The notes under the pieces are model-generated. The model worked only from the letters and a program-made list of their open reading frames with translations. It was not told the origin of the DNA and did not search any database. Source: Stegostoma tigrinum (lineage: Eukaryota). From it: DNA of 64,000 nt. A program made the position numbers and the translations under genes. Where the stretch lies: NCBI RefSeq assembly GCF_030684315.1, contig NC_081396.1:2542001-2606000 (forward strand). Direction: 5' to 3'. Positions 36,009 to 47,937 of this stretch are shown here, piece by piece; the stretch's first letter is position 1; each line of letters opens with the position of its first letter.

Positions 36009-38149
36009 CGTTGCAGGTTGGCTGCTCCCCTGAACCAGCGTTAGGCCGAAGCCAGCATTAAGATCCACTGGTCGCAAGGGTGCACAGCCAACCCGACGTC
36101 CTCCTTTCACCTCCAAGACAGCACTCTCCTCCTCTCAGTCCACAAGAGAGTGGGTCTTTATTGTGTTCGAGATGTGAGCTGGTTCACTGAGCTGTAAGGT
36201 TTGTCCCCAGATGTTTTGTCACCATTCTAGGTAACATCATCAGTGAGCCTCCAACGAAGCTCTGGTGTTATGTCCCGCTTTCTATTTATCTGATTAGGTT
36301 TCCTTGGGTTGGTGATGTCATTTCCTGCATTGGTGATGTCATTTCCTGTTCTTTTTCTCAGGGGATGGTAGATTGGCTCCAAATCAATGTGTTTGTTGAT
36401 GGAGTTCCGGTTGGAATGCCATGCTTCTAGGAATTCTCATGCGTCTCTCTGTTTGGCTTGTCCTAGGATGGATGTGTTGTCCCAATCAAAGTGGTGTCCT
36501 TCCTCATCTGTATGTAAGGATACGAGTGATAGTGGGTCATATCGTTTTGTGGCTAGTTGATGTTCATGTATCCTGGTGGCTAGCTTTCTGCCTGTTTGTC
36601 CAATGTAGTGTTTGTCACAGTTCTTGCAAGGTATTTTGTAGATAACGTTCGTTTTGCTTGTTGTGTGTATAGGGTCTTTTAAGTTTATTAGCTGCTGTTT
36701 TAGTGTGTTGGTGGGTTTGTGGGCTACCCTGATGCCAAGAGGTCTGAGCAGTCATTTCGGAAATGTCTTTGATGTAGGGGAGAGTGGTTATGGTTTATCG
36801 GCACGTTTTGTCTGTTTGTTTGGGTTTGTTGCTGAGGAATCGGCGGACTGTGTTCATAGGGTACCCATTCTTTTTGAATACGCTGTATAGGTGATTTTCC
36901 TCTGCTCTGCATAGTTCCTCTGTGCTGCAGTGTGTGGAAAATGAAAATGAACCTTCCAGCTCAGCGAGCAAACTCACATCCATTCAGAGCAAGTGAATGG
37001 TCTCTCTCTGATGTGGCTGCGTCAATGAAACTCCAGCATTGACAGGGAACAGAATCCTATCCGACAGCCCTCACAATTCCATGGTTTCTCCATGTTTTGG
37101 GTGACTTGTCTCTGACAATAAGCTGGATCTTCATCCACCAGAACACAGGTATAGTCTATTCTTACCGTGAGCAGTGTGATGTTTCTGTAAGCTGAGATTG
37201 GTTGAAGCTACTTCAGCAGTCAGTTCACGAGAAGATTCTCATTGGGTGTCTATGTTTCGGTCTTTTCCAAAGAAACTGATCCTTAAATGTTTTGAATCAG
37301 ACATTTCTCCATGTATAGTTTCCAGCTGATGGTATTGAAGTCTAAGTTATTTTCAGCAATTCCTTTAGAGCTTCTTGTGATGGTTGTTTGGAGACCTGTA
37401 AATCTTCCCTTCTTGTAAACAAAACTTATAAAATTCATCACTTTGGTGCAGCTGGAAATTCAGAAGACAAATCTAATTTCTGTGGAATACTTTTTTCCTC
37501 TCCCATTCCCTAAAATCTGTAAACCTTCATCCCACACCCTCTCCCACCATTCTCACTCTGTTGCACCTAATATACTCATTTTCCTCATTCTCTTGAAGGA
37601 GCTGGTTAACAGATTCTGTTCTGAGGAAGGGTCACTCGACTTAAAATGTTAACTTTGATTTCTCTCCACTGATGCTGCCATACCTCCCAGTTTTTAACAG
37701 CAATTTCTGTTTTTGTACCAGATCCGCAACCATCATAGACCCTGCATCCTCTATGGGTTCACTTCCTTTCCTTTCAGTTGTTGCAAGTAAATAATTTGAC
37801 CACAGAATTTTTTTAAAAAAAGAAGAAACCGAGAAAAAGTGCTGTGCTCACAGACGTTGGATGGAAAGGGAGGTTTCAGTCTAGGTGAAGCTCAAGCTTC
37901 ATTTACAAAGAGGGGCAGAACGAGCAGCCTCAGAAACTCATGTTCTGAGTCTAAACATGCGGCAATGAGGGAGCTCTGATTGGCTGTAAATCCGTAGTTC
38001 TTCCAGTCTTTTGGCACTTTCTATTGGTCACCTGACTGAATTATAATGAGAAAGAGGGGGTGAACACGGACCACATGAGTTTACAAGGCATTGGTCTCCC
38101 ATTATGTGAAACGCCCCAGCCAATCGAAAAAAAAACAGGATGCCATGAT

Positions 38150-38575
38150 GCCATGGGATTGTACTCATTCGAGTTTAGAAAGTTGAGGGGAGATCTAATA
38201 GAAACTTGCAAGATAATGTATGGTTTAGAAGGGGTGGGCGCTAGGAAGTTGTTTCCGTTAGGCAGGGAGACTAGGACCCGTGGGCACAGCCTTAAAATTA
38301 GAGGGGGTAAATTTGAAACTGAAATGAGACGACATTTCTTCAGCCAGAGAGTGGTGGGCTTATGGAATTCATTACCACGGAGGGCAGTGGAGGCCGGGAC
38401 ACTGGATGCCTTCAAGGCAGAGATCGACAAATTCTTGATCTCAGAAGGAATCAAGGGCTACGGGGAGAGTGCAGGGAAGTGGTGTTGAAATGCCCATCAG
38501 CCATGACTTAAATGGCAGAGTGGACTTGATGGGCTGAATGGCCTTACTTCCACTCCTATCTCTTATGGTCTTATG
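38150..38575 (+). mobile_element. CR1 3' end
   Basis: GLYSFEFRKLRGDLIETCKIM...FFSQRVVGLWNSLP; tail tcttatggtcttatg; inserted in a CCAAT/CpG promoter-like region. Confidence 0.88.
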
Positions 38576-38654
38576 ATTACCAATCGTCCACAATGGCGGA
38601 GCTGTTCTCGCCCTGATCTCGCAGTTTTTCTGCGGCCTCTGCCTCTGCGCTTAC

Positions 38655-38855
38655 CTCTTTCAGCCCTGCTGAGTCTTTGCCATCCCCCCAGACTTGCCCC
38701 TTACTGAGGATGAACTGTCAGTCCTCAGTAAAGGGCTCCCCTTTGTCCCCCTCCTCCCACACATCAACGAACACCGGTCACGCTTGGACGATGAACAGTT
38801 TTTCCACCGCCTCCGCCTCCATGCTTACTTCTTAAACCGCAATTTTAACCCCTCA
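38655..38855 (+). mobile_element. Penelope N-terminal ORF fragment
   Basis: PLTEDELSVLSKGLPFVP...FFHRLRLHAYF is typical of the PLE ORF N-terminus. Confidence 0.65.
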
Positions 38856-40325
38856 TCACTGTGTATGCCTGTTTCCCCAACACGCGATTTCTGCCATATG
38901 ACCCATGGCGCTAGGGATTGTGTGGGAGTTGAGACCCCATGAAGATTCGGAGACCCGTCTCCTCGAAGTGAGTGAAAAAGGTGTGGGGTGGAGACTGTTC
39001 GGTACAGGGTCTCCATTCAGACACACAGGACATGAGCACAGTCAGAGAGTTTACTGTGACACACACGCTTAGCCAAACAACTTTCTGGCATCAGGCATAA
39101 AGCCTCAGGGACCTGGATTATAGCTTTTTGGGGAGGAGTGGAATAGGTGACTGTGACAGTGAACCTAAGCAACTTCAGGGAAGGAAATCTGGGCTAAAAG
39201 CAAGGAGATGGTCAGTGTTCCAAACATAGGTAAGGAGCAAGTATGTGGGATATATTGATTTATAGTTATAGAGTGAGAAATATATTCATACCATCGAGAA
39301 TAATGTGTTCTGAATTTATATCCTGTATTTGCAATACCTTGTGCAAAACTGCACTCCTCTTCTTGGAATGTGACTGTGCATCGAGGATGATTTCTTTTCC
39401 ACGCCAGTGTTGTAGGTCCCGAGATTATTGAATAGTTCAATGCTGAATCCAGGAGTATTGCCACATGTGGGGTAGGTGATATTTGCTGAATGGTAGGATG
39501 CTCAGATTTTAAGAAGACTCTTCCATTGGTAACATTTGTTCTCTATTTGGGCCTGTAGGAGATGGTTAAAATAGTTTACTTCTTCACAGATACCTTTTCT
39601 TCAAACTCGATGGTAATGGGCCAAAGATTTCTCCAATTGATTGAGGAAATTCCTTTTTTAAAATCAGAGAAAATGTAGAGTCAGACTGAACACATTTCTC
39701 TATCAACTTGGAAATTCCTTTCCATAGGGTTGTTTGCTCAGATTAGGGAGCTTGTTTTGGAAGTCCTCAGTCAGGAGTGCAGATGATATGAACTGCTTAA
39801 TACAGCTGACGGATCACAACTAGCGCCTCAGTTCAAAGCTCTTTTGTCCATTCGATACTTTTCACAATTGACAGCACCACATCCTATTGGTGCAGGGTGA
39901 TGAATGGTGTGATACAGATGACAGCATCAAATCAACATCCTACAAGGATGCCTAATAACCATGAATAACAGTAACTTCTCTCAGGAAGATGGAACATTGT
40001 GACAGTGAATGATGAGATGAGGAATGAGATCAGCTATTTAAAGTGCAGAAAGGGACTGCATTAGATCACTACTTCTAAAAGTTTTCCCAGTGCAACTGTT
40101 TTCAATACCTCAGAATCTGTGTCACCCAAAAATAAAGTGTTTGTTTGATCAGTGGGGGAAGGGGAGACAGCTAGTGTATTAACAACAGATTATCCATGTA
40201 TTTGGAACTCAGTTATTCATGTGATAACATCCAGATTATTCACCTTTTACAAATGGCAAATGCTTTTAAGGTAAAAGGATCCTGCTTATTGGAGTAACAG
40301 GGCTCTAATTATTAATTAGAATAAC

Positions 40326-41625
40326 GGATGTGAGTTTGCTCGCTGAGCTGGAACGTTCGTTTTCAGATGTTTCGTCACCATTCTCGGTAACATCATCAGT
40401 GAACCTCTGGTGAAGCGCTGGTGTTATGTCCCGCTTTCTATTTATCTGTTTAGGTTTCCTTGGTTGGTGATGTCATTTCCTGTTCTTTTTCTCAGAGGGT
40501 GGTAGATGGGCTCCAAATCAATGTGTTTGTTGATGGAGGTCCGGTTGGAATGCCATGCTTCTAGGAATTCTCGTGCGTGTCTCTGTTTGGCTTGTCCCAG
40601 GATGGATGTGTTGTCCCAATCAAAGTGGTGTCCTTCCTCATCTGTATGTAAGGATACGAGTGAAAGTGGGTCATGTCGTTTTGTGGCTAGTTGATGTTCA
40701 TGTATCCTGGTGGCTAGCTTTCTGCCAGTTTGTCCAATGTAGTGTTTGTCACAGTTCTTGCAAGGTATTTTGTAGATAACGTTCGTTTTGCTTGTTGTGT
40801 GTATAGGGTCTTTTAAGTTTATTAGCTGCTGTTTTAGTGTGTTGGTGGGTTTGTGGGCTACCCTGATGCCAAGAGGTCTGAGCAGTCATTTCGGAAATGT
40901 CTTTGATGTAGGGGAGAGTGGTTATGGTTTATGGGCACGTTTTGTCTGTTTGTTTGGGTTTGTTGCTGAGGAATCGGCGGACTGTGTTCATAGGGTACCC
41001 ATTCTTTTTGAATACGCTGTATAGGTGATTTTCTTCTGGTCTTCGTAGTTCCTCTGTGCTGCAGTGTGTGGTGGCCCGTTGGAATAATGTTCTAATGCAG
41101 CTTCGTTTGTGGGTGTTGGGATGGTTGCTCCTGTAGTTCAGTATTTGGTCCGTATGTGTTGTTTTCCTGTAGACGCTGGTTTGAAGTTCCCCATTGGCTG
41201 TTCGCTCTACTGTGACATCTAGGAATGGCAGTTTATTGTTGTTTTCCTCCTCTTTTGTGAATGTTATGCCAGTAAGGGTATTATTGATGGTCTTGAAGGT
41301 TTCCTCTAATTTGTTTTGTTTAGTGATGACAAAGGTGTCATCCACGTAGCGGACCCAAAGTTTGGGTTGGATGATTGGCAGAGCTGTTTGTTCGAGTCTC
41401 TGCATTACTGCCTCTGCTAAGAACCCTGATATCGGAGATCCCATGGGTGTTCCGTTAGTTTGTCTGTAGGTTTTGTTATTGAAAGTGAAGTGGGTGGTGA
41501 GGCATAGGTCCACTAGCTTGATGATGTTGTCCTTGCTGATGAGGTTGGTGATGTCTGGTGTATGTGTCTTCGGTTCTTCTAATAGTGCAGTCAGGGTTTC
41601 TTTGGCCAGGTTCATGTTGATGGAT
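40326..41625 (-). mobile_element. Penelope-like element family B, 5'-truncated (RT, GIY-YIG, hammerhead terminus)
   Basis: ORF 40929-41615 with GTPMGSPIS, WVRYVDDTF, LPFLDV and SVYRKTTHTD; GIY-YIG downstream after a stop. Confidence 0.92.
40362..40403 (-). ncRNA. Minimal hammerhead ribozyme motif in the PLE family B terminus
   Basis: Minus strand ttcaCTGATGAtgttaccgagaatggtgacGAAACATCtgaa: stem I ttca/tgaa, stem II gttacc/ggtgac. Confidence 0.75.
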
Positions 41626-42230
41626 GCTTACCCCGCCCCCTGATTTGCTCCCGTTGATTGGAGGACCATCCCCCACAGCCTGGTCCGCCAGCTCGCCTAT
41701 TGGTCAGCTGGAAACCGTTGGTGTCAACGAGATCCCTTCTCAGAGAAGTGAAGGGAAATAAAGAAACTTTTTTAAAGTGACCTCTCCTTCGCCTCACCCA
41801 GGGGTGGGCGGGCAGGGGCAGGTTCCCGAGCGGCTTCAGGCTCCTAACCGGAGCTGGCAGCAGGTTGCACTGGAAACCCTGGCTCCAGGTGGAGGTGTGG
41901 GAAAATGGCTGGGGGCGGGGCTCCGAGCGCCCAGCCGGCAAGGTGGAACCCCATGACGTCACGCACGAGCTCCCCCGTTTCTATTGGCTGCTTCAGGTAA
42001 ACACCATCTCCCATTGTGAACGTCATAATGCGGAAGTCGTCCATCTTGCCTTAGAATGAGACTCCGCCCTTTTTGCAACATCTGGGAGCACAGCAATGTC
42101 TCCCCTTTTTCCATTTCTTTTCTCATCCCGGGAGGGAGTGAGACGGAGAAAATTGTTCACTTACAGCAATTCAAAGTACTGGAAGTCAATCCAGTGAAGG
42201 AACCGACTGTCCAAAAGTTGTTTCAGGTAT
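41626..42230 (+). promoter_or_regulatory. CpG-rich promoter and first exon of the 43.7-kb ZNF gene
   Basis: GC boxes; several ATTGG (CCAAT) motifs; perfect CRE TGACGTCA at 41954-41961; CGGAAGT; candidate donor caggtatg at ~42224. Confidence 0.65.
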
Positions 42231-43210
42231 GTGTGTCTCCCTTAAACCTATTGTTTGTATTTGTATTACGTTTGTTTGCCTGGCGAAAACAGATGGTCAG
42301 GATTTAGGGGGCAGTAAATTTAGAACCACTTAGCCCCATCCACTGTCTAAGCCCTCTGGCCTTGCAAGATTGTTACCTTCAAGTAGCCTATCCAGTGCAT
42401 TTTGAAATAATCAATCGCCTTCACTTCTAGTGATGACTGAGGCAAATTTCTTTTTTAGGATCTGCAGGATAGTATTTGCAGACATAACTGTCAGAACCAG
42501 CTTGATCTGAAGATCTGACAGAGTCACTTGACCTTTTGGATACAAATATCATTGAACTTTGAATCTGAAAGGAGGAATGATTAACCATTCTGTCTCCTCC
42601 AGACAGCAATGTGACTGGAAAACAATGAACTTCAGACTGATACTGCCTCCTTTATGCACCATCTTTGTGGGGAAGGGGAAAACTGTTCACTGGCAGCAAC
42701 CGAGGGGAAAGAAAGTGAATCCAGGGATGTGCAGATTTTGGAAAGCTTGGTTCCTATTCCTGTCGGTCTTACAGACGCTGACATTTTTTTGCTCTCTCAG
42801 TTTGACACATTTTCTTGTCAGGCTAAAAGGAATGGCCTCCTTCTTAATATTCACAGTTAAAAGAATGATTTACTCGGGGAAAGCTGATATTTTAGGAGAG
42901 CCTAAATTACAGATATTTCTTGTGTTATTACATGATTGATTTTCAACATATTGTTTATAAATTTATAAATCTAAGTGCTATTATCATTGCTTCTAGTCTT
43001 GTAATACAACACAGTATTAAAAAAATGACTGGTCCAGGTCATGGTTGCTCCCTACCCAAATAAAGTTATTGTTCACTTTCCTGTTGTATCTCCCATAATT
43101 GATTACAGCTTTATACAGTACTCATTTTAGTCCACCAAATATCTACATGTTTATAGGAAGTATGGGTCTGTCACTCGGTATGATCACCCAAATGTGAATT
43201 TAGAGACTGC

Positions 43211-43286
43211 ATGGTCGGCACAACATTGTGGGCTGAAGGGCCTGTTCTGTGCTGTACTGTTCTATGTTCTATGTTCTACGTTCTAT
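43211..43286 (+). mobile_element. Extreme 3' tip of the CR1 family found at 47-51 kb
   Basis: atggtcggcacaacattgtgggctgaagggcctgttctgtgctgt is identical to 50847-50891, followed by (gttctat)n. Confidence 0.9.
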
Positions 43287-43735
43287 ATCATGTACCGCAG
43301 AGTGAGAAGGGAGACAAGGCATTGGGACACGAGATTTTTAGGGAACAAGAGAGAAAGGAATGTTTGATTGAAACTAGAATTGTGTGTTCTGTACTTCTAT
43401 CCAAGACTGACAGCGATTATGACTTCTATGATTTTGTTTTGCACAGTCACTCGATTCTTCGGGACTTGAAATTCATTGGCCTGCGAATCTAGAAGGAGAA
43501 ACATTTGACAAGTTTTGATGCTTCACAAGTTTTGAAACATCATTGTGACCAGGAAAGAGCCAGGAAATGACCTCTGAGTGGGGGTGAGAATATTCCAGCA
43601 TAGATTCTGTGGAAAGGGCTTTAAAGAGCTAAACCACCATAGTAAGCTATACATCATTTAACAGCGAGGAGAGACTGTACATGTGTTCTGTTGATGAGAC
43701 TCGAACTGAACATCAGATACAACGACAGCTGCAAC

Positions 43736-44242
43736 ATGATGAAACCATGGAAATGTGAGGACTGTGGGAAGGACTTCTGTACCCCATCTGCACTGGAAAC
43801 ACATCAACGCTGTCACACTGGGGAGATGCCATTCACCTGCTCTGAGTGTGGGAAGGGATTCACTCAGTCATCCAACTTGCTGAGACATCAGCGCGTTCAC
43901 ACTGGGGAGCGGCCATTCACTTGCTCTGAATGTGGGAGGGGATTCATTGATTCTTCCAACCTGCAGATTCATCAGCGAGTTCACACTGGGGAGAAGCCGT
44001 TCACCTGTTCTGAGTGTGGGAAAAGATTTACTCATTTATCCAATCTACTGAGACATCAGCGAGTTACCCGGAGGGAGAGGCCATTGAGCTGCCCCGAGTG
44101 TGGGAAGGTGCTTCGTGATTCATACAGCCTGCGCATGCACCAGCGAGTTCACACAGGGGAGAAGCCATTCACATGTTCTGAGTGTGGGAAGGGATTCACT
44201 CAGTCATCCAACCTGCTGCGACACCAGCGAATTCACAAGTGA
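43736..44242 (+). CDS. C2H2 zinc-finger protein, 6 fingers (one lacks the last His)
   Basis: aacATG start, MMKPWKC; TGE(R/K)PF linkers; ends HK-stop. Confidence 0.85.
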   Translation: MMKPWKCEDCGKDFCTPSALETHQRCHTGEMPFTCSECGKGFTQSSNLLRHQRVHTGERPFTCSECGRGFIDSSNLQIHQRVHTGEKPFTCSECGKRFTHLSNLLRHQRVTRRERPLSCPECGKVLRDSYSLRMHQRVHTGEKPFTCSECGKGFTQSSNLLRHQRIHK

Positions 44243-46825
44243 TGACAGGGTTTGGATTCTGCTGTTAATCACACCCAGGTCTGAACCATGGTCACTCTGA
44301 CACTTAGCAAAAGGGAAGGGTCAGAGTGTTTCACAACTTTTGTCCAATGAGTTGATTCTTGAGTATTTTGTTCTGAAAATTGTCTTATGTGTGATCACGT
44401 GGATCATTGATGCAGTAAATACTTTGAAGGTATGTAGCATGTAACTTGCATTTCTGTTTGGAACTGCATACAGCACATCATGTGGCCCGAGATATAGCTT
44501 GTGGGACTGACCAGGTTCTTTTAGTGAACATATTTTAGGTTTCTCATGGCAGGCTGTTGCAGATTTGCTCTTGGGTAATCTGTAGCTTGATTGGTGGAGT
44601 TTCTGAGGGGAAATAAAGCAAGGCAATTTGCCTAGCTTGGATTGGGCGGTGATGGTGGTGGGGGTGGGGAGGAATAAGCCTGAGAGGTGACTTCAGTGTC
44701 GCAGTGAGCTTTGTGGCAGGAAGTAGCCAGTTCAATAGTTAACAACAAACTAAAGAACTGCAGATGCTGGAAATCAGGAACAGAAATTACTGGAAAAAGT
44801 CAGCAAATCTGGTAGCATCTCTGGAGAGAAAACAGAGTTAATGTTTCAGATCCAGTGACCCTTCTTCAGTTCTCACAGATATCTCGATTGCCACAAACCA
44901 TTAGGAACAAACCCACACAGGAGCTGGAAAGCAAAATCGTGGGGAGAAGGAGTGAACAGGAATCATATTATCATGGAAAAGGTGGCAGAAATGAAAGAAC
45001 AGATTTTCATTGAAATGCTGAGAAATGTAGTGCAGAAGATGGAATTGAGTGAAAAGAACTGATTGTGTTTTCACTGTCTTAGGGATGAAAGTTTAAAGGC
45101 AAATTGTCAGAGATTAAAAAGTAATCCAGTGAAAATGGCTGGTGTTTCTCCAGCAAAAGTTGTACCAAAAAGTTAAAAGTTGTGAGCAACCTGCTCCTTC
45201 TAATGGATTCACCATCGGGGCAAAAACAGACAGCAGGGATTTTGGTGGATTAATATTTAAAAGGAAGTAACACCAATATTTTTCTCTGATAGAGGTGAGA
45301 AAGATTGTAAGCCTGAGAGCAACTAGCTCAGCTCAGATCTTATTGATAGAAGAAAATTTCTTCAAGAGCTTACCTGTTTTAATAGTGTATTGTTCGTAAT
45401 TGTGTGCAAACTCCATTGTTTAGAATGAATTTAGATGATACTCTGGTAAATAAGTGTTATTTTTGGTTTTATTTCAAAATTACAAATGAATGATGTGGCT
45501 GAATCATTGGAATTGACATAATGGGGTGTATTGTGTTCCCACAATCTGTGATGGTGTCCTATAATTCAGGATCTTAGTCTGTGAGTAAACATTCCTTGCC
45601 TATTTGTAATCCAGCTGAGCAAAGAACTGAGTCAAATAAAAATACTGATGTATCTACTCCAGGCATGGACACTACTGAAGCAGCAAAAGCGCTTGCAATT
45701 CACAAGTGAAATATTTTTAAGACAAAGGCCTTGGGGAGCTCAAAGTGATCATAACACTGAAGAGTGAATTAAATGTAAAATAAAAATGACCTGTGGCTTC
45801 TGGAAATCTGAAACAAAACTATAAATTGCGGTAGAAACTCAGCCAATCTGGTCGCAGTTATGGAGAGAAAATAGAGTGTATGTTTTGAGTCCAGTGACCC
45901 TTCTTCAGAATGGATCTGGACTTGAAATGGTAACTCTGCTCTTTTTCCAGAAATGCTGCCTGACCTGAGTTTCTCCGGCAATTTCTGTTTTTATCATTGA
46001 ATTAGACATGTTTTCCAGTGATGAAACAATACAGAATACAACAGTAAGGGGTTCTGCAATGAACAACTCACAATGAATTGTATGGAAGGCTCAAAGTACA
46101 AAGAAGAATGAAAGTCCAAACTAACAAATGTGTTGATGGCACTCGCAGTGAAATCGATGTCCTTCTGAATGTGATCAAGAAAAAACTGGCAGATTACACT
46201 TTATTTCAAGATCAGATCAACCAATAATATCAAACCCTGCTCTTGAACATGCAAGAGAATTTTGATAATGTGACCGAGGAAGATTGTAACTACGGAAGGG
46301 TTGAGTTGTTGGTCTTTAAGGCAAACCAAATGCATTTTGCAGTTGGTTATGATACCACAGATGTTCAAATCTTCTTCAAGCGAAATAATTCTATAAGTTT
46401 AAGTGCTTAACTGAAAAACTTCAGAGGGCTGAAAGCACATGTCAAAGGTTTGTGGCTTAACCCTCGCTTAGTCCCTAAACAGAACAAGTGGACCTTCAAG
46501 AATTTTTGGAAACGAGGGAACTTTTGGGGAATAAAAGTAAAACTGAAGTTGAGGCACACATCGATTATATACGATAATGGTTAGCATCAGAGGGCTTACT
46601 TTGTTTTACTTCTTCCCTGCAGAAAGGAGTCCAAATACAGGCCGGACCATTGCAGAAAGATGTTTTTGGATCTTTGGATTCAGCCCTCGGGTTGTCTGCT
46701 GGCTCTGTCTAGAACATATTTGTCATTCCTTGGTCTCTCCCACTGGCCCTACAAGTTTATTTTCAAAAAGCATCCTGGAATTTTAAAGATGTTATCACTA
46801 TATTGAACTGCACTGTACTACAAAA

Positions 46826-47161
46826 GGGTGGCTTAGCGTTTTAGCACTACTGCCTCACAGCGCTGAGGACTGGGGTTCGATTCCAGAATCAGGTGACTGT
46901 GAGGAGTTTGCACATCCTCCCTGCTGTGGGTTTGCTCCAGGTGCTCCGGTTTCCTCCCACACTCAAAAGATGTGTAGAATAGGCGGATTGGCCATGCTAA
47001 ACTGCCCATAGTTTCTAGGGATATTTTGGGTTAGGTGGGTTAGACATGGGAAATACAGGGATAGTGGAATGAATCTGGGTGGGATGCTCTTGGAAGACAG
47101 GCAGTGTGGACTTGTTGGGCCGAATGGCCTGTTTCCATACCGTAATGATTCTACGATTCTA
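46826..47161 (+). mobile_element. V-SINE (HE1-like)
   Basis: B box GGTTCGATTCC; colinear with 9343-9662. Confidence 0.85.
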
Positions 47162-47274
47162 GTTATGCAGTACTAGCAAAATAAGTTATTTTAATTTTTA
47201 TACTGTCCAGTTCAACTTATTTTTGAGGTAGTTCAGGAGAACATGTTAGGGGGAGGAAAGGGGACAGACAGACA

Positions 47275-47937
47275 GTGCAGAGATCCCCTGTGGGCATTCC
47301 CCTCAGCAATAAGTATACCATTTTGGATACTGCTGGGGGGGATGACCTACCAGAGGAAAGCCATAGTAGTCAGTTCTCTGGCACTGAGCCTGACACTGTG
47401 GCAAAGAAGGGAAGGGGGCAGAATAGAAAAGTACTCGTGGTAGGGGACTCGATAGTTAGGGGAATCGACAGGAGATTTTGTGGGCAAGATCGGGATTCCC
47501 GGAAGGTATGTTGCCTCCCTGGTGCCAGGGTCCGGGACGTCTCCGATCGGGTGTATAAAGTTCTAAAAGGGGAGGGCGAACAGCCAGAAATCGTGTTACA
47601 TATTGGCACAAATGATATAGCCAGAAATAGGATTGAGGATATAAAAAGTGATTTCAGGGAGTTAGGATGGAAGCTGCAGAGCAGGACGAACAGAGTAGTG
47701 TTCTCTGGTTTACTACCGGTGCCACGAGATAGCGAGGTGAGGAACAGGGAGCGGGCGCAGCTGAACACGTGGCTACGCAGCTGGTGTAGGAGGGAGGGCT
47801 TCAGATATGTTGATAATTGGGATGCCTTCTGGGGAAGGTGGGACCTGTACAAGAAGGACGGGTTGCATCTGAACTGGAAGGGGACCAATGTCCTGGGTGG
47901 AAGGTTTGCTCGAGTAGTTCGAGAGGGTTTAAACTAG
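47275..47937 (+). CDS. CR1 ORF1 C-terminal SGNH/GDSL esterase-like domain (partial)
   Basis: Motif blocks VVGDS, LPGA, HIGTND and DGLH. Confidence 0.88.
   Translation: MQRSPVGIPLSNKYTILDTAGGDDLPEESHSSQFSGTEPDTVAKKGRGQNRKVLVVGDSIVRGIDRRFCGQDRDSRKVCCLPGARVRDVSDRVYKVLKGEGEQPEIVLHIGTNDIARNRIEDIKSDFRELGWKLQSRTNRVVFSGLLPVPRDSEVRNRERAQLNTWLRSWCRREGFRYVDNWDAFWGRWDLYKKDGLHLNWKGTNVLGGRFARVVREGLN

Larger units (their letters stand above)
30872..36209 (-). mobile_element. Apparently full-length, young Tx1/L1-clade non-LTR retrotransposon
   Basis: Gag-like ORF1; APE-RT-Cys/His ORF2; AATAAA and A9 tail (T run at 30872-30880); CpG-rich; ~14-16-bp imperfect TSD at 30858-30871 and 36210-36223. Confidence 0.92.
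30777..36980 (-). mobile_element. Penelope-like element family B (GIY-YIG 3' part, hammerhead terminal repeat, inverted 5' copy of the terminus), interrupted by the Tx1-like LINE
   Basis: 36224-36935 is near-identical to 40380-41070; encodes NVIYKIPCKNCDKHYIGQTG; terminus continues at 30777-30871; inverted terminus at 36943-36981. Confidence 0.88.

Noticed and set aside
31242-36044. Many 100-230-aa overlapping or antisense ORFs
   Set aside because: Shadow frames of the GC-rich Tx1-like ORFs.
39160-40100. Coding-looking unexplained segment (also 4960-5640 and 46000-46560)
   Set aside because: Multiple stops and no identifiable motif; left unannotated.
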